Part shown: piece after piece, positions 1-11,065 of the stretch
Layout of the letters: each line of letters begins with the position of its first letter
Position numbering within the stretch: the stretch's first letter is position 1
From: Phoronis australis
Lineage: Eukaryota; Animalia; Phoronida
Reading direction: 5' to 3'
DNA length: 64,000 bases
Assembly (NCBI GenBank): GCA_002633005.1
Contig: NMRA01000454.1
Location: 30,921-94,920, forward strand
Made by a program: the position numbers and the translations under genes
The notes under the pieces: model-generated
The model's database searches: none
What the model saw: the letters and a program-made list of their open reading frames with translations, nothing else
What the model was told of the DNA's origin: nothing

Positions 1-1400
1 TCTCTCAGGGGCGGACCTTCTTGCCCACTTTGTCAAATGGGGGGGGCTCCTTCGAGCCTCCAAGCCCCCCCTCCCCCTGGGTGCCCGCATGCATTGGAAT
101 CATAGAAGTCTAGTCATGGAATACCAACTCCTGCTCGTGACCTATGCAACCTATTGTTAGGCCATGCGACCCCGAGGCCAGCCGCGAGAGTTTGCAATGA
201 AAACTTCTGGCTGCCTGTTCGACTGAGTTTTGATCGAGAGTTGACTCGAAGTTATCAAATCAAGCCTAATATCATTGCGTATTTTTATTTCGTTATTATT
301 GTTCATCAAGTGAGATTCTTCAGCCACAGTTCCGTACAATCGGCGATTTCTCGTTAACATTAGTCAACAAACCCGACAATTACACTGTTCGTAGTTTATA
401 AGCACACTTGTGGCATTGGGTGGATGCCGAGAGTAGTTTGGCATCTGATATCCTTTCAGCTGGAGTCCTAGAACTTTCGACAACCTTTCATACTACATGC
501 CATGAATTTTTCAACAATACATTTTTGGGTGTTAAAATTATGTTACAGTCTTTTACGGATCAAAGTTTCATTTGGCCTAAATGAAATGTTTAGGCCCTAA
601 AATAGATGTGTTTATGTAACTTTCTAAAAATTACTCAGGAAATGACAATGGGCTTGCTAATGATAAGGCTCTGGTGCAATTTGATTGAAAAGTGGCACAG
701 TTGCGAAAATTTTTAGTCACAGTAAAGTCCATAGCAAATGCACACAATCGAATGCAAACAACTCCAACGCATGCACGGCACCACCTCCTGGCCGCGAGAC
801 ACGAGAGGGCATGTCGGCTGGAGTTCTATGACTACATCAAAGATCATTAACATACTCCAGATAAAAGTATTCCATTCAGTGTTTTCGTGGATAGTAATTG
901 AAGCTATGATTAGCCAGTAACAAAAAGCCATCTCATTTTTTCCGACTGGATTGTGTTACAGAATGTCGCTTTGTGATCGCATATGGACCCTTGTAAATTG
1001 TGTTTTGTTGTCTGAAGTGTCGGGAAAATGACTTAATTGCATTTTTTGGCAAAAGAGAAAACAGAGACATAAATCGTGGAGCTTGAGGTCTCGTTGAGCG
1101 AGTTGAGCAACTAAAGCGTGTAGAGGCGTTTAGTGAGTGAGGGCTGTCGACACCAACTATCTCAGGCCACATTGTCGAGCTGGTATTCATCAAACTAGAT
1201 GCTGCATGGAATCTTTCAGTTCATGATCAATTCCGTAGGCCCTGGCAGCCGACTTCTCTTTCGAATTAGCTAATAAGTTCGTTTTAATATTTTGTTTATT
1301 AGTTTTGAATTTGTATGCTCGCCCGTTTTCTGGTGAGGATTATGGCAATAGTGATTATATTAATGTTGGTGATGATATTCCCTGCACACGAGTGTTCTTG

Positions 1401-1583
1401 TGATGGTGATGACAACGGTGACAATGATGATGATGACGACAATGGTGATGGCGATGATGACGATGAGGATGACGATGACAATAGTGATGATAATGATGAC
1501 GATGACAGTGGTGAAGATGATGATGGTATTCCATTCACACGCTTGTTCTGATGATGACGATGACAATGGTGATGATGATGATG
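1401..1583. repeat. Degenerate (GAT/GAC/GGT)n trinucleotide microsatellite
   Basis: Runs of gatgatgac/gatggtgat; these explain the poly-Asp, poly-Ser and poly-Met ORFs. Confidence 0.9.
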
Positions 1584-1732
1584 CCTCCATATTTAAGTAA
1601 CTGCACTACATTTAAAATCGACAAGTTTCTTGAAATGTGATATTCCTAGCCTTCAATAGCACGACAATTTTATCAAAAGGGGGCGCATTGACGACCTGTC
1701 ACTTATATGAGTTGCCTGCATCTTATTTCCAG

Positions 1733-2590
1733 ATTCCAGCTATAGTCCAGGTCATGGTTTCCATTACAGCGGCGACTGCAGTATATTTGAACGCGTTCTT
1801 TGGACGAGTCAATCGCACACGCGATGACGTCATTGAGGTTCAAGCATACTTGCAACGTAACTACTGGATCAATAACACCAAAATACACGGATGGAGCCAG
1901 ACAAAGATGTCTGAAACGTGTGTTTATATTATCTTGGTTTGCATCGTATGTGTATTCATCGACTTAGTTCTTCGCTTTGCATTGTGCCCTTCAAAATTTA
2001 AATTCTTGAAATCGTTTTTCAATGTCGTCGACTGTGTCGTTGTTCTTTCGTTGTCATCTATTCTCGTCATAGAGACGATGCTGATCAGGTTACCTCATGC
2101 ATTATTTGTTTGCCTAGAAATATCTGGGTGGTTTAACATTTTTCTTGTCGTACGACTACTTAAACTGGTTCGACAAAATTTACACATACGCATCTTTTAT
2201 TTGGTACTGAAATCAAGCATTTTGGATTTCTGCGTATTTTTATGCCTATTTGGCATAGTTTCTGTGTTGTTTGCCTCCGTCGTGGCGACGGTTGAAGTGG
2301 CGTCAGAAACATATTTCCATGACCTCGTGCAGTCGCTATGGTGGGCTGTTATTACCATGACAACAGTTGGTTATGGTGATATGTACCCTGTAACATATGG
2401 TGGATACGCCGTCGGAATGGTCTGCGTGTTGACTGGTATGATTCTTACAACCTTGCCCATAGCCGTCGTCAGTAGCAACTTCAACACGTTCTTGGCGCAC
2501 GGAAAACAATTTCACATGCACAGGAAGATGCTATGTGCCAGAAAGAATGAAAAGAACAAAAGGAATGATGCGTCCAAAGTTGTAAAGTGA
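1733..2590 (+). CDS. Terminal exon of a divergent voltage-gated K+ channel subunit (Kv, Shaw/Kv3-like), S1-S6 plus short C-tail; T1-domain exon(s) not found, presumably upstream of the window
   Basis: ORF 1637-2590 has six hydrophobic segments, pore WWAVITMTTVGYGDMYP, S2-S3 linker CPSKFKFLKSFFNVVD and S4 remnant RLLKLVR. Acceptor tcttatttccAG at 1731-1732 is phase 0 and directly precedes S1. Confidence 0.9.
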   Translation: MPAIVQVMVSITAATAVYLNAFFGRVNRTRDDVIEVQAYLQRNYWINNTKIHGWSQTKMSETCVYIILVCIVCVFIDLVLRFALCPSKFKFLKSFFNVVDCVVVLSLSSILVIETMLIRLPHALFVCLEISGWFNIFLVVRLLKLVRQNLHIRIFYLVLKSSILDFCVFLCLFGIVSVLFASVVATVEVASETYFHDLVQSLWWAVITMTTVGYGDMYPVTYGGYAVGMVCVLTGMILTTLPIAVVSSNFNTFLAHGKQFHMHRKMLCARKNEKNKRNDASKVVK

Positions 2591-3364
2591 TGGGAATGTA
2601 GGGAACCCATCGGCGTTTCTTCGGCATAATTTTCCAAATAAACACCCATTGGCGTTTCGTAGATGGGCTTACATAAGGAAAATCCCGGTACTCTTATGAA
2701 TCACATACTGTCCCGAGATATAGTTACATGAAATCCACTGCTTACCACAATTGTATGGATTCAACAGGCTCGGTCATACATTCTGTTTGAAACATTTCCG
2801 GCAACAGAAATTACAGGTTTTTGAATTACAAGTTGTTTTCACGTCTTGCTGGTTCATGGAAATTTGAGGATATATGAAAATCGTAATACAATAGGCATAC
2901 ATCTACTACCCTTTTTCATTTTTATCTCCAACGACGTCATTCTACGTCATTCAGGTTACGTAGGCTTTATCGCCAAGACTGTACATTTAGCCAAATAAAC
3001 AGCAAAAGTATATATTTTTCTGAAAATATAAATTCACAGAATTTGATTTTTGACTTTTAAAATACCACTGTTTCATTAATTTGATCATGTGACTATGCTT
3101 TTTAGTAATTAAAAAAGAAAGGTACATCCATACCAATACAACAGGATCGCCAACACCAACAATTTCGTATGATAAGAAATTTTGATGATAAAATCTCATA
3201 AAAGTTACAGTTTTCTAAATTATCGTTTCACGCAACTTTAAGTGTCTTCACAGAAATCATAAGAGTCTTATTGTTGATAGATCCTCATACAAAAGAGAAA
3301 CATTTTAAAATCATTATTGCAATCAAAGTTCATGAAAACATTGGACAAAGCGTACTAGGACAGT

Positions 3365-3820
3365 TTCACGTGTATCCGAAAAGCCAGTGTTCAGATATCA
3401 CGTGTATCCGACAAGCCAGTGTTTAAATATAACGTGTATCCGACAAGCCATTGCCCAGATATCACGTGTATCCGACAAGCCATTGTTCGGATATCACGTG
3501 CATCCGACAAGCCATTGTTCAGATATCATGTGTATCCGACAAGCCATTGTTCAGATATCACGTGTATACGACAAGACATTGTTCAGATATCACGTGTATT
3601 CGACAAGGCATTTATTCGGATATCACGTGTATCCGACAAGCCATTATTCGGATATCACGTGTATCCGACAAGCCATTGTTCAGATATCATGTGTATCCGA
3701 CAAGCCATTGTTCAGATATCACGTGTATCCGACAAGCCATTGTTCAGATATCACGTGCATCCGACAAGCCATTGTTAAGGTATCATATGTATCCGACAAG
3801 GCATTGTTCAGATATCATGT
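3365..3820. repeat. Minisatellite, 32-bp unit (ttcagatatcacgtgtatccgacaagccattg), about 14 copies
   Basis: Unit read directly; the three overlapping + ORFs cycle through the same 32-aa (3x32 nt) peptide. Confidence 0.95.
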
Positions 3821-3908
3821 TCCCAAGCTAGCATTAATTGGACATCTTTCAAGGTTATTTTAAGACCCCAGTCATTTTTGTTTTCACCGTGGAAGTCTTT
3901 CAGGGAAC

Positions 3909-4899
3909 TGTGGGCTCTAACTTATTACGAGAACCAATTCATACAATAATTGGGTATTCGGTGCCCAATAGGCTTGTAGAAAGGTAAAAGTTATTGCAGG
4001 AGCATAAAGCAGTTCAACTTAGCCAAACTGTCAGAATAAATATTGTTTATTAGTAAGATTAGATCCATTTTAAGTTGCCCAAAATTTGTGCATATGTACT
4101 TTTAAATCATGGGGTCAGACTTGTTGACATGTACTTTAACGTCAAAATCTATTTTTAGCTGGTGTTTACAACTTTGGGTTCTGGGGTCAAAGTACTCTAG
4201 AGATTCTAGAAAATTCTGAGAACAAATTGTATCAGCCAATAATATGAGTGGATATGATCATGTGGTTTTTATTAGCCAATCACTAAATAAGTAGAATGTT
4301 ATATTATGGGCTGAAATCAACAAGATAATTAGATGCGCTATAGTAGTTGAAGACTTGCTACAGTGTACAGAAGCAATTGTACGACAGAGCCATCTCGTGG
4401 AAGATTCTAGAAAGGATCTTGGCAAGGGCGAGGGTTAACGAACAGGAAGTAAACTAAGAGCTTGTCACTTGCATTGTGGGTAGTAAGGTACTACCTGAAG
4501 AGTTGCGTCATCAGCCAGAGACAGTGAACAGCAAGAAGAATCGGGGGTAGAAGAAATTGCCTGCATGTGTTTCATCACCAGAGACGGTGACCAGCAAGTA
4601 CACTGTCGCTATACAGTGTGTGTAGTTCGAAGATTCACCAACAGGACAGACATCCAACAAGTGGAGTCCTAGCTTGGATAGCAGATAAGACATTTGATTA
4701 TTTTGATTGATCGATTAAAGTAATCTTTAAAGAGGGCGCTAGCGTAGTTACTCTTCTTTGTAGTTGATTACTTAATTAACAATAGGTTTCACTTGTCTAA
4801 TTGGGGGTTATCATATAATAAATTGACTACTGCATTTGATTATTCACTCGCCATCTACGCACAATCTCAAACCATAGCTACCTTTTAAACAAACCCACA
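3909..4899. mobile_element. Possible solo LTR (TGTGGG...CCCACA ends)
   Basis: Inverted 6-bp termini and internal CCAAT boxes, but the flanks (gggaac/gtcaac) match only partly as a TSD. Confidence 0.25.
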
Positions 4900-5432
4900 G
4901 TCAACCTCTACACAAACATTTGCCACACCCTTTCTATCGCCGCTGCCTCCGCCATTCTCTGGATGCCAACAATTTTGTACCGACCCCTACGCCTGTCATA
5001 GGTTGGGGGGTGGGGGGGGGGGGGTAAACCCTGGGAGGCAGTCATGGGAAGTTGAGTAGCACATTGCTACAAGCCAGCCACAGTGCAGTTGGAAACAGTG
5101 GTGTGGACCTGAATATCAGAAGCATATAAATCTGATGCCAGTGGCCAGCAGCAAATTAGGCTATCCGTGATAAAATCATTATTACAGTGCCAAAAGACAA
5201 AAACGTAAACATTAGAAATGTTTCATCCGTAGACTGAAGCGGATGCAAAAAGTTTTCCCAGGTCACATAACAAGACTTGTTACAAGAGGAAACTTTCGTC
5301 TGTTGTGCAAGCCAGAGTACGAAAGGACCTCATGAACCTGAAAAAATGAAGAAGCGAAAGAGTTGTGTTTTTGTAACTTGGGGCTGCTGCTGTGAACAAT
5401 CTTGCTCGCTGTTTTTCGGGACAGCACCAGCA

Positions 5433-6904
5433 AAAGTTGGGTCTCGTTGTGTTGAAAGACTTCGCACTCCCTGGGGAGTCACGACGAACGGCAAGTGGTG
5501 CTTCTCGTTCCAGGCGATCAAGGCCCTGGAAATGATTTTTTATAATGTTTATTACGAAATCTTCGATACAATGAATATACATAACCCAAAAAGCGCCAAG
5601 AGGCATTATATCTGGGTTAAAAAAGTACAAAGAAATCTATATACAATTATTTTACACATACATAAAAAAATCTGTATACAATTATTTTACACAAGTACAT
5701 AAAAAATCTATATACAATCATTTTACACAAATACATAGATTAAAAAGCTGTTGTTAAGATTACAATGACATATGATTACGAAAGTAAATAAATCATTTTC
5801 ATACACACTTATACAATTCTATCCACTCACACAAAGAGATTTAATATTATCAAGAAGTTTTGATACTATTTCGAATAAAACCTTATTTTTATTTGGGTTG
5901 AGTTTTTGACTTCCATATAGAAAAAGTTAATTTTGTTGTACACTTGCGGAATTTCAGAATATTTTTTTAATAAATATTGGGGTATTGTTCGAGTGTCTGG
6001 AAAAGCTGTACCCTCTGCTCCTTGCATACCTCACAAGCAAAAAAAAACGTGCATTTGTCTGTGCGTCTCCACAGCAACACAGAGGCGAAATATTATTAAA
6101 ATTATGTCTAAAAATATCGTTGTTTACGAATAGACCGCATCTTGATCTGTAAAGGATTATTTCGTGGTTGCAAGGAAGTTGGAATGATGTCAATGGGACA
6201 ATGAAAGTGATCGAAATAGACGTAGCAAGAACTGTCAGAATAGTGAGTGATAATCAGTCGGTGGTGCAACTCCTCCGCACGATCCACCTGTCCCAGCCAC
6301 CCAACAATGACGACGAACGCCATATCATGCTCACCCTTGCTGAGCTGCATGGAAAAGGTTGCCATGTCACCTTCACTTGGTGTCCCAGCCATACTGCGAT
6401 CATTGGTAATAAACTGGCCGACGAAGCGACAAAAGAGGGTACCCACTTTTACGACACCTCCAAAGCGGCCATCCGGAGAGCGACACGAGGCGGACCAGCG
6501 TCTCACGAGGGGAAGCAACGAGTGTAAGGTACCCGAGGCGTCAAGCTCAACCGGATCGTAGAGAAAACGCTTAGCTGAAAGGAGCAGGTCACTCTTCGTC
6601 GCCTGCACAGCGGCCACCACACGGAGTTGAAGTATTGACTAGCCAAACTCGGCTGAGCGGAGAACATGGTGTGCAGAAAATGCGTACTGGTTGACAAAAC
6701 ACCTGAACACGTTATATATGAATGTCCGAGGAGGTACCGCCCCCAACTACCCCAACCCCTCTTGACACCCTCTCTTAAGATCACCACCTCACGCATAAAT
6801 TATGGGAGAAATGGACTTCATCTTGGGATCTGAAGGACGTCTCCCAACCAACCCCCTTCCTGGCCAGGAATCAACTCCCCAAGTATATCGTTGCTTAACA
6901 ACAT
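5433..6904 (+). mobile_element. 5'-truncated non-LTR retrotransposon with RNase H and C-terminal CCHC finger (I/Ingi/Nimb-like), interrupted by a second LINE
   Basis: GKWCFSFQAIKALEM | KVIEID...IVSDNQS...TFTWCPSHTAIIGNKLADEATKEG (RNase H), then RLHSGHH...CRKC...TPEHVIYECP and a short (aac) tail. TSD caccagca at 5425-5432 and 6905-6912. Confidence 0.85.
5536..6199 (-). mobile_element. 3' end of a CR1/L2-group LINE inserted antisense inside the RNase H
   Basis: Minus-strand IILYRSRCGLFVNNDIFRHNFNNISPLCCCGDAQTNARFFLL resembles a CR1-type ORF2 C-terminus. It ends in aataaacattataaaaaa, with TSD aatga at 5531-5535 and 6200-6204. Confidence 0.75.
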
Positions 6905-7508
6905 CACCAGCACGGTCGCGAGCTGTCGTCTGTGTGCATTGCACACCACAGCAACTAAACGACCAGTCATCTGCGGTACGACCGGCATCTGGAACTCAGT
7001 AAAAGGGACTTAAAGACTGTGCAAACAAAAATCAATTCGTACAGCAACAACTGTACGATGGGCAGTACATGTTCAACACAAACATATTAAGTGAAAGCTT
7101 GAATGCACCAAAAACGACAAGACATACACGAAACTTCACGGGACTGTGTCATTCAGCTGTTCATACAAGAACCTTTATGCAGAGATTTACAATGAAGCTA
7201 GCAGAGCTAACCGTGACTGCAAAAAGTGTCATAAACACAATGCTGAGGAATGTGGACTGCACAAAGCGCTACCATGCCAAGCGAAAAGCAAGCCGAGCAT
7301 ATACAAACAGGCCAGGTAGTGAGGGAGAGGCGGCCAACACGAAACTGTTTGACGGGTCTGTTTATAGCTAGAAAACATAGCGACTAGTAATGCCACTGAC
7401 CACATCTACAAACTCAGTTACTGATTTTGTTTTTGTCAAAACAGTAACTATTCAACTAAATGACAACTGAAAACGGAACTTAAAAAGCTCTTAATAGGAT
7501 TACCACAT

Positions 7509-7790
7509 TCAGCAGGCATGATTGAAACCACAATGACCAGTGCATTAACCATTATTTTTGCAAATTCATCTTGAGGTTCATAGGAAAGGTGTGAGAGTTT
7601 TTTACACGCGGGGTTATGACAGAGGTGAGAAACGGTATGGCATTGGGACAGCCGCTGTGGCGTGTCATGCAAGTAATAATACAACATAACGTAGAATTGT
7701 CGTGAGGGCTTGACAGGGACCTCAGGGGTCTCACACTCCACTGATTTATCCACATTATTTTGAAAACGCTTTGCCCAATCACACATTGTG
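7509..7790 (-). pseudogene. His-Cys box / His-Me finger homing-endonuclease-like gene remnant (I-PpoI-like zinc-binding loop)
   Basis: ORF 7448-7786 has VSHLCHNPACKKLSHLSYEP; after a frameshift the expected second Zn site reads ICKNNG*CTGHCGFNHAC*. Confidence 0.8.
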
Positions 7791-8454
7791 TGTCATAAAA
7801 GAGATAAGCATACCTGCAGCTGATGCAGCAAGTAGAACTACTCTCGTTTGTCACATTGGTGTGGACTCACAGTTGAACTGTGGTTTTCTGTTGACCCCAG
7901 ACCGTCCGGAGTTGCACCATATGCCAACTCCGGACGGTCTCTCAGGACAATTTAGCGTTATGAAGCTATAAGCCTGTACGCTAACATATTTCCCCGAAAT
8001 TTAAAACAGTGAACACCCGATCCCTTCCTATTTACAGCACATGTCCACAGCCAATGTGGTCTTGGACCAGCTGCACAGGAGCCCAGCAGCTTGGAATGGA
8101 TGTGGTGGTTGCGATTAAGACACTCATTAATGCATTTCAAACGACACGTTGATGTTCAGCAGCGACAGTGTGTTGCAAGGCAATTAAATACAACTGCAAA
8201 ATATGCATTTACAGGTACAACAACCCTCTCTCTGCCATGGCCAGTGCATTCTTTCAAGCACCCTTAAATTTCCAAGATTGCCATGATCTAAAATAAACCC
8301 TCTCTTGAGAGTCTCTCCCTGTGGGACAGTGTAGGCTGAGCAACCAGTTGGCCTTAGTCAACACACTTCTTCGCTTTTTACAAAAAAAAATAATAAGAGT
8401 CAATAAAAAAACATTGTCCTGACTTTGATTAGTGACAGAGAGAAGAATTAGTTT

Positions 8455-8850
8455 CCAGAGAAGCCTTACATGTACTGCAGGTATGTTGATGATATTTTTA
8501 TGATTGTTAATCATGATAAGCTGATGGAGATCAAACTTGCTTTTGAGCAGAATTCTGTATTAAAATTCACGCATGAATTATCAGCAAGCAACAAGCTTCC
8601 ATTGATTTTGATGAATCTGGCATTAAAACCTCAGTATATAGGAAACCAGCATATGAAGGGGTTTGCTTACAAGAAACCAGCCAATGTCCACCGAGATATA
8701 AGCTCTCTGTTTTGACCAGCTTTTTGAAAAGAGCATATTCTCCTTGCTCAGATTGGGAAACCTTTAACGCTTACTGTAATCGCATCAATGAAATTGTGAT
8801 CAATAACGGTTACAGTTATAAGTTTGTTGACGAGAATATGAAGCTTTTCA
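8455..8850 (+). mobile_element. Penelope-like element reverse transcriptase fragment
   Basis: KPYMYCRYVDDIF...FEQNSVLKFTHE...KLP, then frameshifted TSVYRKP...SQCPPRYKLSVLTSFLKRAY..CSDW...INNGY (PLE palm and thumb). Confidence 0.85.
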
Positions 8851-9382
8851 ACAGCCGCTTACAGAAGCTGTGTCAGTGATGTAGCAAATGTCGACGCCAG
8901 TTTCGGCTGTGTCGTCTCTACGTTGTGAAGTCCTTTTCTTAACGTAACGTTGGTGTTAGCCTGGTGCAATCCCTAACGACAGAAGATCCCAGGAAATGTC
9001 ACTTACACCACGTGACTTAGTGGTCACATGTCACGACGCAAAAGGTGTCCACTCATCCAAGGCTTTACCACAAAAGGTGACGCTTTGCACCAGTCACGTG
9101 GTTTGTCGCTTTAGCGCCGCGTGAATAACCTGCCCGCAACAACAAACTTGTTTTTAACGATTCAAGCTGTTTGGTGCGGCGGGTGCCGAGGGTAGGGGGT
9201 GATTTTGCAAAGGACTCGGAGATGTACTGTTTACTGATCAGAAAAGTCGGAAATGAATTTCATTTCATTTGACTTAACTAAAGTTAAAATGTGTGGTTCA
9301 TTGTGTCCACTTGACGAATTTTCCAAAGGACCTGTATAAGCAGGCCCGTAGGATGGAAAAAAATATTGGGGGGGGGGGGGGG

Positions 9383-9517
9383 NNNNNNNNNNNNNNNNNN
9401 NNNNNNNNNNNNNNNNNNNNNNNNNNNNNNNNNNNNNNNNNNNNNNNNNNNNNNNNNNNNNNNNNNNNNNNNNNNNNNNNNNNNNNNNNNNNNNNNNNNN
9501 NNNNNNNNNNNNNNNNN
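9383..9517. other. Assembly gap (N run) in a poly-G tract of a short GC-rich MITE-like repeat starting caggcccgtagg at about 9341
   Basis: N run read directly; a related terminus cctacggccctg occurs at about 11945-11956. Confidence 0.8.
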
Positions 9518-10070
9518 NGGGGCACAAACCAATTTGACTTCGCCAACCTACCCCCTTGCTATCGTCTCCCCGCCGTTTTCTGGATTCACAATATTTGTAC
9601 CGAAACCCCCCCCCCCCAAATTCGGCCATACTGAAGTGGGGGTAATACTTGAGATGCAGCCATCAGGGTTTGAGTAACCGTGAACCAACAAAGATTAACG
9701 AAGAGTGAGAATTGGTCGAGGCCCCGAGCGCCCTGACGGTAGCTTGGAGCTGATGAAGTAACTATGGCAGGATCGGAGCTCAAGGATCTTTTTGATATCA
9801 TCTTTGAAGTAATGTTTGGAAAAGTGAAGCCGCGAGGGGCCTTGTATGAGTGCCTTTGTGGCCGTTTCAGAATCCTTTGATGAAACACAGCCGGTAACCC
9901 AGTTGCTGGTTGCAGGGGAAAATGATACGGACTGTGTCCCAAAATGTAGTACACACTTCAACGTCTGCAGTTCAAATTCAGTTCCCGTGGGTAATTGAGA
10001 TTTTAAGCAAGCCTACTGCATGGTTACACCTTATTTTCAACATGGATGTGCCTATCATGTCGTGCTCCGT

Positions 10071-10285
10071 GCATGCGCGCACACGGGGGAGGGGACTCGA
10101 TAGCAAAGTGGGCAAATAGGTCAGCCTTGAGAAACACGAGACAAAAGTCCACTAAAAAGGCAGGATTCGGCGTATGTTCAATTCATACCCCTGAGCGAAC
10201 CCCGTATTCGTTTTTTTCTTTAGTAAAAGGTCCACATCCTCAAAAATTCGAGCCCCCTATATTTTAGGCTGGGTGCGCACAGGCT
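10071..10285. mobile_element. MITE-like interspersed repeat (termini catgcgcgcacccag...ctgggtgcg); related copies at 1-92 (inverted, partial) and 19692-19907
   Basis: Shared blocks aagtgggca, agacaaaa(a)gtccactaaa and aattcgagcccc..tatatt..aggctgg between copies. Confidence 0.7.
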
Positions 10286-10462
10286 GTGTTTGTAGTATGC
10301 ACGGGAAATGCAAACAAACGATACAGTTTTGAAGAACAAAAATTCATTGCGCAATACTACTGGAAACCAAAAACATCAAGGAAGTTCGAAGACACCCTTT
10401 CCAAGTTGATGACCAATAAGTTTGATTTTATCTACGGCTTATAAACTTATAAACCCACAATA

Positions 10463-11065
10463 AACAATTTATTGTCATTTGAATTGTGAGAACATTTTAG
10501 GACACATTATTGAGCTGTCCGTAATTCTTCAATTTCTTTGAAACAGAAAGACAAAAATTGTTTAGTGTACTTTTATATTTGGGGAACTCATTATATATCG
10601 AATTTTCCTAATGTCGGCCTGCAATTTAGTTAATTGAAGTATTGTCATTTTGTACAAGATTAGCTTCTAATTGTCAAAAAATCATCTCTCAATCAGTCCA
10701 CTACCCATAAACATGTAAATCCGAAAGAAACCAACAATCAAATCGATGAGCAATGCGTTTACCTTGATTTAACGACTTAATTCCTTTTTGATCCCCTGTT
10801 AGTGACTTCAAACAACAAATCTTGTACCGAAGTCAAAAAGCAATACATTTATTGTCATTTGAATTGTGAGTAATTTTTGGGAAGTGTCCAAATTTCATCA
10901 ATGTTTTTGAGAGTTATTTTAGATAGGCAAAGGCAACAAACGTCCAAGTCTACTTTACTGTTTAGGATCGAATTATAGTTTTTCCATTTTCAGGCTTCAA
11001 CTAAATTCCCTGAATCGTAATCATTTCTTAAAAGATTAGCTTCTAATTGCCAAAAATCACCTATT
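10463..11065. repeat. Two diverged direct copies of a roughly 380-bp unit
   Basis: atttattgtcatttgaattgtgag (about 10467 and 10847) and aagattagcttctaattg (about 10656 and 11032) each occur twice. Confidence 0.6.

Larger units (their letters stand above)
5040..7371 (+). pseudogene. Decayed DDE-type transposase (Kolobok/KolobokP-like), C-terminal part split by nested LINE insertions (segments about 5040-5432 and 6913-7371)
   Basis: Hand translation with stops and frameshifts: NIRSI.SDASGQ, KH*KCFIRRLKRMQK, AAAVNNLARCFSGQHQ | HGRELSSVCIAH...RHLELSKRDLKTVQTKI, then FNTNILSESLNAPKTTRHTRNFTGLCHSAVHTRT. The halves join in frame when the TSD-bounded insert is removed. Confidence 0.6.

Noticed and set aside
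1299-1600. Signal-peptide plus Asp-rich ORF (1315-1551) as an acidic biomineralisation protein
   Set aside because: Short, non-ATG start in the track, and fully explained by a (GAT)n microsatellite in the presumed Kv intron; cannot be supported without transcripts.
3365-3820. Regular 32-bp repeats (and the 39-, 38- and 31-bp arrays) as a CRISPR array or repeat protein
   Set aside because: Units are head to tail with no unique spacers, there are no cas genes, and the context is eukaryotic; the ORFs are frame-cycling artefacts.
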